Positions 22,739 to 34,613 are shown, numbered from the stretch's first letter. The stretch: DNA of 44,198 nt from Octopus bimaculoides (GCF_001194135.2 NC_068992.1:59247281-59291478); one strand, 5' to 3'. A program made the numbers and translations. Notes: generated by a model not told the origin, from the sequence alone.

Positions 22739-23805
22739 CCTAAATATAGGGGCTGGGTATGAGAGGGTGCTGAAAAGGGTTAAACACGGCCTCTTTAATG
22801 CTCTGAGCTCAAACATATATATATATATATATATATAGACATATATCTATATCTATATATATATATATATATAATAAAGTAAAGTTGTGGAATACCGTAC
22901 GAGTGGAAATATATATGAAAGAAGGTTTGAAAATGCACTTATTTTTAAAAAATATTTATTTACTTAACCGGTTTCACTTTTTTAGAAAAAGATTATCAAA
23001 AGTCTTTGAGAATAATAAAAAATGTTAAAAAACAGTCTGAGTATTAAAATGCATATATACATTCTTTGATGATAAAATATATTTAAAGTATAAAGCTTTG
23101 TATGAACTTTGTAGTGTTACATACTGATTGTCATATTAAGGTGAAATTGTTAAAAACAGTGTATGAAAATACACATATGGAAAAATACATATACATATAC
23201 ATATTCTCATACATATTCTTTGACNNNNNNNNNNNNNNNNNNNNNNNNNNNNNNNNNNNNNNNNNNNNNNNNNNNNNNNNNNNNNNNNNNNNNNNNNNNN
23301 NNNNNNNNNNNNNNNNNNNNNNNNNNNNNNNNNNNNNNNNNNNNNNNNNNNNNNNNNNNNNNNNNNNNNNNNNNNNNNNNNNNNNNNNNNNNNNNNNNNN
23401 NNNNNNNNNNNNNNNNNNNNNNNNNNNNNNNNNNNNNNNNNNNNNNNNNNNNNNNNNNNNNNNNNNNNNNNNNNNNNNNNNNNNNNNNNNNNNNNNNNNN
23501 NNNNNNNNNNNNNNNNNNNNNNNNNNNNNNNNNNNNNNNNNTATATATATATTAACGGGCTTCCCCACAGTTTCTGTCAACTGATTTCACTCACAAAGCA
23601 TTGGCCAGCTCAGAGCTATTTCTAGTAAAGGAGGACATTTGCTGTGTAGTGGGACTGAACCTGAAACTACATGATTGTAAAGCAAACTTCTTAACTACAC
23701 AGCCACTCCTCCACCTATGCTATTTTATAGATCTGATCTTAAAAGATATGTCTAAGTTGACCTCAGAGAGATTTGAGCTCAGAACATTAAAGAGGCTGTG
23801 TTTAA

Positions 23806-24025
23806 CCCTTTAGCATTTAATCCAGTCGTATCTGGTCCAAATATTCTTCTTCTTTTTTGTTCAAACTGTCAACATTTGGCCTGTTACGCCTACCCTACAA
23901 TGTCATTCAAAAAATATACAATCACATCATTGCAATATCAAAGTCGCAAAATAATGCATGATGAATTCAAAACAATGAGAATAAAAAAGCATTACATTTG
24001 ACAGAGTCATCTGAATGCTAAATAG
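23806..24025 (+). mobile_element. 220-bp MITE with TTAA target duplication (piggyBac-like)
   Basis: ttaa|ccctttagcatt ... aatgctaaatag|ttaa (TTAA at 23802-23805 and 24026-24029). An inverted, interrupted second copy lies at about 19270-19738. Confidence 0.7.
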
Positions 24026-24105
24026 TTAAACACCACAAGGCACTGTAACAATTCTATCCCTCCACTGCCGTCGTGAGCATTGTCAAACAAGGCAGCAAGT
24101 CTTAC

Positions 24106-24193
24106 CTTATAATTGCAGTCAAAACAATGATAATGTTCACGGTAGTGCATGTCTTTGCAGTGGGACACACTGCATTCTGTGCTGCTACTGAAT
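24106..24193 (-). CDS. CASZ1: castor/CASZ1 internal exon, first half of castor finger 1 (not in the ORF track)
   Basis: Acceptor ttttgacag|A, donor AAG|gtaaga; 88 nt (phase 2 in, 0 out). Translates (R)FSSSTECSVSHCKDMHYREHYHCFDCNYK and joins in frame to VFSKKEEMVRHFKWH, completing a C-x4-C...HYHC-x2-C...H-x3-H castor finger. Confidence 0.93.
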
Positions 24194-24574
24194 CTGTCAA
24201 AATAAAAAGGACGAAAAACATTGTACTTCTTAAGTACTCAAAAATCATTAGCATTATTAATTTACATCCATTTATCATGCTAGCGTCGGTTGAAGGATGA
24301 AAGGAGAGAGATGAGCAATAGCAGAAGCGGACAAAGGCAAGAGTAGATGATGGCTAACAGTAGAAGGGATCAAAAAGTAAATATACATAACATTTCTGTT
24401 ATAATTCTTGATGGAATTGGTCTGACTCATGTTATTGCACAACGAACAGGATTTACCTCTTTCATGGGTGTTTTTGAGGATGCAGCGTTCAGAAACTCCA
24501 GTGGAGTTTTATTAGAGGTACTGGCCGAAAAATAAAATAGAGGTACTGGAAAAAGAATAAAATAGGCGAGGAGT

Positions 24575-24706
24575 CGCAACAGCGGCGCAATAGCCCAGTG
24601 GTTAAGGCAGCGGACTCGCGGTCATAGGATCGCNNNNNNNNNNAGCAGGCTGTTCCGTTGGTTGGATCAACTGGAACCCTCGATGTCGTAAGCAACAGAG
24701 TACCAA
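24575..24706 (+). mobile_element. Family A SINE, middle lost in a short N-gap
   Basis: Head ggcgcaatagcccagtggttaaggcagcggactcgcggtcatagg and tail gcaggctgttccgttg...ggaaccctcgatgtcgtaagc match family A. Confidence 0.8.
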
Positions 24707-24719
24707 CTAACTAACTGGC

Positions 24720-25052
24720 CAATATTTCCCTAGGCAGAATTTGAACTCAGAATGTAAAGACAGACAAAATGCTGCTAAGCATTTTGCCCAGCATGCTAAC
24801 GAGTCTGCCATCTCACCAACCTCAATAATAATAATTATCCTTTCTACTATAGGCACAAGGCCTGAAATCTGCGGGAGGGAGATAGTTGATTACATCGACT
24901 CCAGCGTTTCACTGGTACTTAATTTATCAACTCCGAAAGGATGAAAAGCAAAGTCGACCTCGGCGGAATTTGAACTCAGAACGTAGCAGCAAACCCAAAG
25001 TCTTCTAAGCATTTCAACCGTCATGCTAACAATTCTGCCAGCACACTACCTT
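24720..25052 (-). mobile_element. Tandem family B SINE copies
   Basis: gaatttgaactcagaatgtaaagacagac..., then a full copy aggcacaaggcctgaaat...aaagtcgacctcggcggaatttgaactcagaacg... Confidence 0.75.
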
Positions 25053-26484
25053 AATAATAATAATGATGACAATGGTGGTGGTGGNNNNNNNNNNNNNNNN
25101 NNNNNNNNNNNNNNNNNNNNNNNNNNNNNNNNNNNNNNNNNNNNNNNNNNNNNNNNNNNNNNNNNNNNNNNNNNNNNNNNNNNNNNNNNNNNNNNNNNNN
25201 NNNNNNNNNNNNNNNNNNNNNNNNNNNNNNNNNNNNNNNNNNNNNNNNNNNNNNNNNNNNNNNNNNNNNNNNNNNNNNNNNNNNNNNNNNNNNNNNNNNN
25301 NNNNNNNNNNNNNNNNNNNNNNNNNNNNNNNNNNNNNNNNNNNNNNNNNNNNNNNNNNNNNNNNNNNNNNNNNNNNNNNNNNNNNNNNNNNNNNNNNNNN
25401 NNNNNNNNNNNNNNNNNNNNNNNNNNNNNNNNNNNNNNNNNNNNNNNNNNNNNNNNNNNNNNNNNNNNNNNNNNNNNNNNNNNNNNNNNNNNNNNNNNNN
25501 NNNNNNNNNNNNNNNNNNNNNNNNNNNNNNNNNNNNNNNNNNNNNNNNNNNNNNNNNNNNNNNNNNNNNNNNNNNNNNNNNNNNNNNNNNNNNNNNNNNN
25601 NNNNNNNNNNNNNNNNNNNNNNNNNNNNNNNNNNNNNNNNNNNNNNNNNNNNNNNNNNNNNNNNNNNNNNNNNNNNNNNNNNNNNNNNNNNNNNNNNNNN
25701 NNNNNNNNNNNNNNNNNNNNNNNNNNNNNNNNNNNNNNNNNNNNNNNNNNNNNNNNNNNNNNNNNNNNNNNNNNNNNNNNNNNNNNNNNNNNNNNNNNNN
25801 NNNNNNNNNNNNNNNNNNNNNNNNNNNNNNNNNNNNNGTGAGAATGAAATGAAAGAAATATAGAAAAAAAGAAAACGAAGGGGGGGAAGAAGTAAATGAA
25901 GGAAAGAAAAATGGAATAAGAAAAGAGGAAGAGAGAGGAAAGGAGGAATGAAAAGAATGAAAGAAAGAAGGAAAAAAAACTGGATGGAATGAAAGAAAGA
26001 AAAAAAAAAAAAGGAAATAAAAAAAACAAACCAAAGAAACAATAAAAAAATTACATAACCACCACTATTACCATTCTCTCTCCCTCTCTCTCTCTCTGTC
26101 TCTCTACCTTTCTCTCTCTCCCTCTCTCTCTCTCCCTTTCTCTCTCTCTCTTTCTCTCTCACTCTCTCTCTCTCTCCATCAGTCAATCTTTTTTCTGTCC
26201 CTATCTATCCTTCCTTCCCTCTCTCCTTCTGCCCCTCTCTATCCTCGTCTTTCTCTCCTTTTCTTGTTCCTATCTATCTCTCTGCCCCTCTCTTTCTCTT
26301 TCCCTCTCCCCTGCTGCCTCTCTCCCTCTATATATATATCTCTCTCTTTTCCTGTCTCTCCATCTGTCTTTCTTATGTCTCTATCTATCCCTTCCTCTTT
26401 CACTCCCTCTCCCTATCCCTCCTCTGTGTCTATCCTTATCTTTCTCTCCTTTTCTTCTTTCTATCTATCTCACACTCCCTCCCA

Positions 26485-26520
<36 letters not shown>

Positions 26521-26565
26521 CTATATATATATATATATATATATATATCTTCCTATCTATCTGTG

Positions 26566-26601
<36 letters not shown>

Positions 26602-26998
26602 GTAATTAAATTTCCTTCGTAGACATAATGATGTTGTTAATGTCGTTAATGTTGTAAGCTCAGCAGCTGATTTGAACATAATCTAACAGATTTGTGTCCA
26701 AAGAGTTGTTCCAGTCATGACCACCTCCTCTTTTTTTATTTTTTACAGACATAGTCTATAGGACTTTCTGCCGGCGGCACTACCACCACCACCACCACCA
26801 CCATCCCATTAACCTCACCACCACTTCTATGGTTGCTTGATCTACTAGAAATAGCACTAAAAGCACCATATCATGTTTAGACAATGATAAGGACACACAC
26901 TCAGCAATGTAGTCCAAGTTACACTATGATTAGGAAAGAAAGAAAAAGCAAAAGGCAGAGCAGTCAGATGTGAATCTTAATCGTAGGTGTTGTCTCCA

Positions 26999-27128
26999 CA
27001 GCAACAGCAACAACAGCAACAAAAGCAGCAAAAAAAGCAACAGCAGCAGCAGCGGCAGCAACAATAACAACAAGTGACAGCAGCAGTAGCGACAACAGCA
27101 ATATCAAAAGCAAAAAAAGCAGCAGCAA

Positions 27129-27163
<35 letters not shown>

Positions 27164-27218
27164 ACAACAACAACAACAGCAATACCAAAAGCAACAAAAA
27201 CAGCAGCCACAATGGCAC

Positions 27219-27250
<32 letters not shown>

Positions 27251-27483
27251 ACAGCAGCAGCAACAATAAAAAGAACAAAAGCAACAACAACAACAACGGC
27301 GACAGCAGCAACAGCAGCAGCAGCAACACCACCAGCAGCAACAGCAGCAGCAGCAACAATAAAAAGAACAACAAAAACAACACCAAAAAAAAAACAACGG
27401 CGACAGCAGCAACAACAGCAACAATAAAAAGAACAACAAAAGCAACACCAACAACAGCAGCAACAACGGCGACAGCAGCAGCA
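26999..27483. repeat. Cryptic (CAG/CAA)n trinucleotide low-complexity tract
   Basis: About 480 nt of cagcaa/caacaa units with recurring aataaaaagaacaa blocks. Confidence 0.9.
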
Positions 27484-28068
27484 ATAATTCCTGTTATTGT
27501 TATCTCATTCCATTCCTCTTCCACCCCCACCCCCACCCTTATTCCCTATCCTCTTCCTCCTCTCTTCTACCATTACCGCTCCCATCATCTCCACTGACCT
27601 CTATCTGATGTGACCTTTAACCTTTAAACACTACATCTTTCCAAACGTGATCATCCAGCTGGTTCCTCTTATTTCAAGAGACAATCTTTTACACAAGAAC
27701 TGCTAATGATGATGATGATGATGATGATATCATTTCATTTCCCTGGGTTTTAATTGGATTCAGATTATTAAAAACACTGGTTAGTTCGTTAAGAAATACT
27801 TTAATTAGATCATTATTAGCAAATTAGATACAGCCAACATCGCCACCACAGATATCTGTGTACCTTTCTCTGTGTGTGTGTGTGTGAAATATGTGTATGT
27901 ATACATATATACACAATTATATATATATAAACACACACATACATGTAGGTACGTACATTGTGCATATGCATACACACCTCTCTCCTTCACACTCTCTTTC
28001 TTTTCTCTCTCTATATAATATATATATATATATACATATATACATACATACATATATGTACACAACTA

Positions 28069-28152
28069 TTGTTGTTGGCACTCCGTCGCTTACGACGTCG
28101 AGGATTCCAGTTGATCCGATCAACGGAACAGCCTGCTCGTGAAATTAACGTG
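28069..28152 (-). mobile_element. Family A SINE 3' fragment
   Basis: ttgttggcactccgtcgcttacgacgtcgagg...aaattaacgtgca matches the family A tail. Confidence 0.8.
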
Positions 28153-28248
28153 CATACACACACTTACACACATACATGCATACAGGCACACACACATATA
28201 TAGAAACACATATAGATTATAATGCTTGTAATGCAAATGTGGGTATCA

Positions 28249-28279
<31 letters not shown>

Positions 28280-28530
28280 TTGTGTGTATCACTTATTAAA
28301 CACAAGATTTAAATGTGAGCTGCTATAAGTTTCATGCTCAGGAAGTACAATAATTGGACATGCTTATATAGTGTGCCATGTACTATTCTATGATCATTCA
28401 TCCCATCTGATTACTGTATTATCCAACCATGAAACTTAGAGTAGTTCACTTATAAATACTGTGTTTCTTAAATGACACTTATTTCTCACTCGACGGAGTA
28501 ATTTTCCTGTTGATCCCAACAACAGAACAG

Positions 28531-28570
<40 letters not shown>

Positions 28571-29739
28571 CTAATGTTAATTTTTTATCCTTCATATGTT
28601 TTATATTTTTTTATCCATATTTAAAGTTCTTAGTTCAGTATGAAGAGTGATCTGTGCCTGAAAAACGTGTGTGGATTTCCAGACACGTGAACCTATTAGT
28701 AGTGCCCGAAGATATGTACTGTGGTCCTTAAACAGAAATGTTTGACTCTCACCAGATGGAGTGCACTCTTTGTTGAATTATGCCATGAACAAATATATAT
28801 ATATTGCTGNNNNNNNNNNNNNNNNNNNNNNNNNNNNNNNNNNNNNNNNNNNNNNNNNNNNNNNNNNNNNNNNNNNNNNNNNNNNNNNNNNNNNNNNNNN
28901 NNNNNNNNNNNNNNNNNNNNNNNNNNNNNNNNNNNNNNNNNNNNNNNNNNNNNNNNNNNNNNNNNNNNNNNNNNNNNNNNNNNNNNNNNNNNNNNNNNNN
29001 NNNNNNNNNNNNNNNNNNNNNNNNNNNNNNNNNNNNNNNNNNNNNNNNNNNNNNNNNNNNNNNNNNNNNNNNNNNNNNNNNNNNNNNNNNNNNNNNNNNN
29101 NNNNNNNNNNNNNNNNNNNNNNNNNNNNNNNNNNNNNNNNNNNNNNNNNNNNNNNNNNNNNNNNNNNNNNNNNNNNNNNNNNNNNNNNNNNNNNNNNNNN
29201 NNNNNNNNNNNNNNNNNNNNNNNNNNNNNNNNNNNNNNNNNNNNNNNNNNNNNNNNNNNNNNNNNNNNNNNNNNNNNNNNNNNNNNNNNNNNNNNNNNNN
29301 NNNNNNNNNNNNNNNNNNNNNNNNNNNNNNNNNNNNNNNNNNNNNNNNNNNNNNNNNNNNNNNNNNNNNNNNNNNNNNNNNNNNNNNNNNNNNNNNNNNN
29401 NNNNNNNNNNNNNNNNNNNNNNNNNNNNNNNNNNNNNNNNNNNNNNNNNNNNNNNNNNNNNNNNNNNNNNNNNNNNNNNNNNNNNNNNNNNNNNNNNNNN
29501 NNNNNNNNNNNNNNNNNNNNNNNNNNNNNNNNNNNNNNNNNNNNNNNNNNNNNNNNNNNNNNNNNNNNNNNNNNNNNNNNNNNNNNNNNNNNNNNNNNNN
29601 NNNNNNNNNNNNNNNNNNNNNNNNNNNNNNNNNNNNNNNNNNNNNNNNNNNNNNNNNNNNNNNNNNNNNNNNNNNNNNNNNNNNNNNNNNNNNNNNNNNN
29701 NNNNNNNNNNNNNNNNNNNNNNNNNNNNNNNNNNNNNNN

Positions 29740-29782
<43 letters not shown>

Positions 29783-30291
29783 TAGGGTTAGCAGTTGCAA
29801 TAACCATCTAAGGGATAAGAGTATCCATTATTACTACCAGTATAAATTACCTATGTTAACCCTGGGCATGGATATGCAAAGCACATTATGCTCATAGGAT
29901 ATAGGCAACAACAAAATAAACAAGAGTTTATCAGAAATCAAATTTAAAATATGCAGAAAAAGGAGAAAACTTTTGATCAATAAACAAATTGACCACCATC
30001 AGTTATTACATTTTATTTTTAATATAAAATTTTGACATTGCTTACAGCCGTTTCTGCTACCAATGTCAGTCAAGGCCGTGAAAGAAAATTATGAGAATAA
30101 TATCCGTCATCTTTTATAGCACATCCAATCTGGTACATAGAGCTTCATCAGAGTAAATACAAATGTGTAAAATAAAGGAAGAGAAGAGGGAAGAGGAAAG
30201 AACAGGGGTTCGAGATGGGGAAATAAGGCTTCATAAACTAGAATCATACCATTTTGCAGTGTAAAGCTTGAAGTCGATGAGCAAATGAATA

Positions 30292-30325
<34 letters not shown>

Positions 30326-30736
30326 NNNNNNNNNNNNNNNNNNNNNNNNNNNNNNNNNNNNNNNNNNNNNNNNNNNNNNNNNNNNNNNNNNNNNNNNNNN
30401 NNNNNNNNNNNNNNNNNNNNNNNNNNNNNNNNNNNNNNNNNNNNNNNNNNNNNNNNNNNNNNNNNNNNNNNNNNNNNNNNNNNNNNNNNNNNNNNNNNNN
30501 NNNNNNNNNNNNNNNNNNNNNNNNNNNNNNNNNNNNNNNNNNNNNNNNNNNNNNNNNNNNNNNNNNNNNNNNNNNNNNNNNNNNNNNNNNNNNNNNNNNN
30601 NNNNNNNNNNNNNNNNNNNNNNNNNNNNNNNNNNNNNNNNNNNNNNNNNNNNNNNNNNNNNNNNNNNNNNNNNNNNNNNNNNNNNNNNNNNNNNNNNTAT
30701 ATATATATATATTATAGCAGAGGCTCCAGCAAATAA

Positions 30737-30772
30737 GATCTGAAGAAGGAATTCTAATTCCGAAATATCATC
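30737..30772 (+). ncRNA. Minimal type-I hammerhead ribozyme motif, intact core
   Basis: gat-CTGAAGA-a-ggaat[tcta]attcc-GAAA-tat-c-atc. Stem II 5 bp, palindromic stem III AUAU, AUC triplet, 3-bp stem I. Confidence 0.72.
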
Positions 30773-32772
30773 GGACTATAGATAACCAAGTTACAACTGG
30801 TATAGAGTCCATTTTTTGTTCTATAGTGCATTGTTATACCTTTCTAAACTTTTTATTCTTTACAAACAATACACAATGCTTCAAGCGAACTACAATACTC
30901 TCTTATATATATTAATTTATGTATATATTAATATTATCTCAGTTGAAAAAACTTCGATAATGAAAATATGTTAATAATTACCAGGGTAGCAAAAATTACA
31001 CGAAAACTGGGATATCATACCCGGTTAATAGGTAGAAATACTACTGTTTTAGTATCCACTTGGACGGAGTTCAAGGAAGCAAATAATGCCCATCCTGTCA
31101 CCAACCCTCAGCTGTTTCTAAGCAAGGTAATATTTTTCTACAGCTAGGCATGTTTCCAGAAAAATTAGAAACAACTGCTTGTATGACTGTGATACTCATT
31201 TACAACTATTATATGATGTCAAAACAAGGAAACACAAATACACTCACACAAACACGCACATTCACACAAACACACGCACACATAAACAATGGGTACAGGC
31301 ATGGGAGTTTGATAAGAAGTGTGTTACCCACCCACATGGTCTTCAGTTCAGTACAACAGTGTGACACTTTGAGCAAGTGACTTCTTCTGTTGCACCAGCA
31401 AGACCAAAACCTTCTGAATGGATTTGGTACTCAAAACTGAATGAAGCCTGATGTATATCTATAAAAATATATTCATTTAGATTAATGAATATTTTATGCT
31501 ACATGTTATGTAAGACATATCGACTTTAGCTTGGAAACATACGTAGTTTTGATTCACCTTTCCTGTTCCTTACACGCTTTGATTTATATTTGTATAATCA
31601 GCAATTGTGTTGCTATAGCACGAGTTGCATCATGGCAGTCATCTTATTGAGATTTCCATCTGTTTCAAAAGTGTCGTTGTATAATCTGCTTTTGGTCATC
31701 TGTACAAACAGTGTACAGGCTTGATACTTACTACCAAGATCTTTTTGGACTGCACAAAGTTATGACTCTGTGTGCGTGTGTGTGTGTGTGTGCATCTACT
31801 TTTCTGGATATCACATGATTGTTATAAACAAGCACTGCCATCATATAGGCCATGTTCTTCGTTTGTTGTCTTACATAGAAAAACTATCTGGTGATGGACA
31901 AATATTACCTTGCTTGGATACAGGTGAGGGTTGATGACAGGAAGGGCATTTGGCCATAGAAAAATCTGCCTTGCCCAATTCCATTCAACCCATGCAAACA
32001 TAGAAAAGTGGATGTGGACATGATGATGATGACAATAATGATGGTGGAGGTGGTGGTGGTTGTAGTGGTGGTAGTGGTGGTGGTGGTAGTGGTGGTGGTG
32101 GTGGTAGTGGTGGTGGTGGTGGTTTCGGTGGTGGTGGTTTCGGTGGCGGTGTTTTTCACCATCATGACGTAAAACAAGAACAAACTAAATAAAGAATAAT
32201 AGGGTTAAAAAAAAAGAAAAAGAAAGTAAAAACGAAAGAAAAAAACATGAAGGAAACAGCAATAAAAAAGAAAAAAGATAACAGGAAGAGAATGACAGAA
32301 AGAAAAAGAAAAACAAGAGAAGAAATAAAGAAGAGAGAGAGAGAAAGAGACTAGATTACTGTAATTAATAATTGAAGTCAATAAATAACTTTATTTTTCC
32401 CCAATAATTTACAAACAGGTCATTTTAATATATTTCTTATTGGAGATTATTTTTATATATGACAGTTTTTATTGCTAGATTTTATTAGCTTTTTTACGTG
32501 GGCTGTTGATGTTGAGTTTTTGTTTTATTGCAGTTTTTATATAAGTTGTTTGTGTTGATATTTATTAAAGGTATTTTTGAAATTCTTTTTACAATATTTG
32601 TAATGAAAATGGTTTCATTTTATTGTTAATTCTTAATATTGTACTAGATTTTATTACACTTTTAAGTGTATTTACCCATTTATTTTGTTTATTTTTATTG
32701 TTTCATTCTTTTTTATTCTTTTACTTGTTTCAGCTATTTGACTGTGGCTATGCTGGAGCACTACATTGAAGA

Positions 32773-33690
32773 GTAGACAATTTCTGCTACCTAGGGGACT
32801 AAATTAGTAGTAGTGGAGGATGCACAGAGATTGTGATAGCTAGAATAAGAATAGGATGGAGGAAATTCAGAGACCTGTTACCTCTGTTGACCACAAGGCT
32901 TCTCTCTCCGAGTGAGAAGAAGATTGTATGATGCAAGTATACAGACAGCAATTCTACGTGGTAGTGGGATGTGGGCCCTGAATGCAAAAGACATGTGAAA
33001 TTTAGAAAGGAACGAAGCTAGTATGCTCCACTGGATGTGTATTGTAAGTGTACATGCTTGACAGAGTGCTAGTGTTTTGAGGGAGAAGTTAGGAATAAGA
33101 GGAATTAGTTGCTGTGTGCAATAGAGAAGACTGTGCTGGTTTGGTTATGTGATGTGGATGGACGTTGAGAGCTCCATGAAGAAGTGCCAATCTCACAAAG
33201 CAGATGAAACATGTGGAACCCAAAAAGACATGAGATGAAGTACTGAAGAACGACCTCAAGATGCTGAACCTTTCCAGGAAGATGATGAAGGACCGAGATA
33301 CCTGGTGCCTTGCTGTAACATGAGGAAGTGGGAAACATAGAAAGACATGAGATGAAGTTCTGAAGAACGACCACAGGATGCTGAAGTGTTGAAACTGGTC
33401 CCTCTGGCGTGAAGCACTCATGGTGATACCACATAAAAACACCCATGCAGTGCTACATAAAAAGTGCCCATGTGGTGTCACATAACCACCTGTGTAGTCC
33501 CATATAAATGCATCCATATAGCACCACGTAAAGAACCCATGCAGTTCTGTGTAAAAACATCCAGCATACTCTGTAAAGTGGCTGGTATTAGGAAGGGCAT
33601 TTAGCTGTAGAAATCATACCAAATCAGACCGAGGCCTGGTGCAGCTCCCCTGCTTGACATCTCTGGTCAAACCATCTAACCCATGCCAGT
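32773..33690 (+). mobile_element. Decayed RTE-clade LINE, 3' part of ORF plus 3'UTR
   Basis: VDNFCYLGD*ISSSGGCTEIVIARIRIGWRKFRDLLPLL...LERNEASMLHWMC...LREKLGIRGISCCVQ*RRLCWFGYVM, then 3'UTR motif ttaggaagggcat...ccatctaacccatgccag. Confidence 0.85.
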
Positions 33691-33816
33691 GATATATACA
33701 TACATGATTAATAAAATAAAATAAAAACAGAGAAATAAAGACAAAAAGAAAAAAAACAACGCAAGGACATGGTACATGCAAAGTATTAGAAGATGGTCAG
33801 GAAAGGAAAGAAAGGG

Positions 33817-33854
33817 TGTTTTACATTTCGAGCAAAGCCTCTTCTTCAGAAACA
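33817..33854 (-). ncRNA. Minimal type-I hammerhead ribozyme motif, intact core
   Basis: Minus strand reads tgttt-CTGAAGA-a-gag[gctttg]ctc-GAAA-tgt-a-aaaca. Stem I 5 bp, stem II 3 bp, stem III AUGU (one transition from ACGU), GUA triplet. Confidence 0.75.
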
Positions 33855-33924
33855 GGAAACAGAGGAAATTCCAAAAGAAAAGGAAAATGGAGGAAAATAT
33901 ATGTGTGTGTATATATATATATGT

Positions 33925-34335
33925 GTAATGGTTTCAAATTTTAGCACAAAGCCAACATTTTCAGGGGAAGGTATAGGGTGATCACATTAACCCCAGAGCT
34001 CATCTGGTACTTATTTTATCAACCCCGAGAGGATGAAAAGCAAAGTCAACTTCAGCAGAATTTGAACACAGAATGTTAAGACAAATGAAATGCCACTAAG
34101 CAGGTTGCCCAGCATGCTAATGATTCTTTTCTACTCTAGGCATAAGGCCTGAAATTTTGGGGGAGAGGCCAGTTGATTAGATCAACCCCAGTACACAGCT
34201 GGTACTTAATTTATCAACCCCCGAAAAGATGAAAGGCAAAGTCAACCTTGGCGGAATTTGAACTCAGAATGTAAAGACAGACGAAATAGCGCTAAGCATT
34301 TCGCCCGGCATGCTAACATTTCTGCCAGTTCGTCA
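33925..34335 (-). mobile_element. Tandem family B SINE copies
   Basis: Two head-to-tail copies of the same motif set (about 33925-34125 and 34126-34335). Confidence 0.78.
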
Positions 34336-34573
34336 CCTTTATATATTCCCTTTTACTCTCTATTTTTTTAATTATCATTACTATTATTATTATTATTATC
34401 ATTTCTATATTTATCCTACATTATATCAGCCCAGCTCAGTATGACCCCAAGAAACTGGTAGTGCCAGTTGGCATCATTAATCTGAGGCCAGCATGATAAA
34501 ATAGGAGCTTCTATACGCATATTCAAAATGTTTACCATAAACAAACTTAAAGGATATATATATATATATATAT

Positions 34574-34613
<40 letters not shown>

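Noticed and set aside
24265-24353. Possible exon just upstream of the 24193 acceptor
   Set aside because: The required phase-2 frame contains TAG; other frames are not castor-like.
26964-27536. 190-aa and 117-aa ORFs over the CAG/CAA tract (possible polyQ/polyA exon)
   Set aside because: Open frames on both strands follow from the stop-free trinucleotide repeat. There are no usable splice sites or non-repetitive coding content, and the polyQ frame is antisense to castor.
9739-28238. Octamer ATGCAAAT sites (9739, 11651, 18909, 28231) as POU/Pdm inputs
   Set aside because: A rough composition-based estimate gives 2-3 by chance in this much AT-rich sequence, so four is not enrichment.
30105-30155. 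CTGATGAagc on the minus strand
   Set aside because: No GAAA follows a closed stem II.
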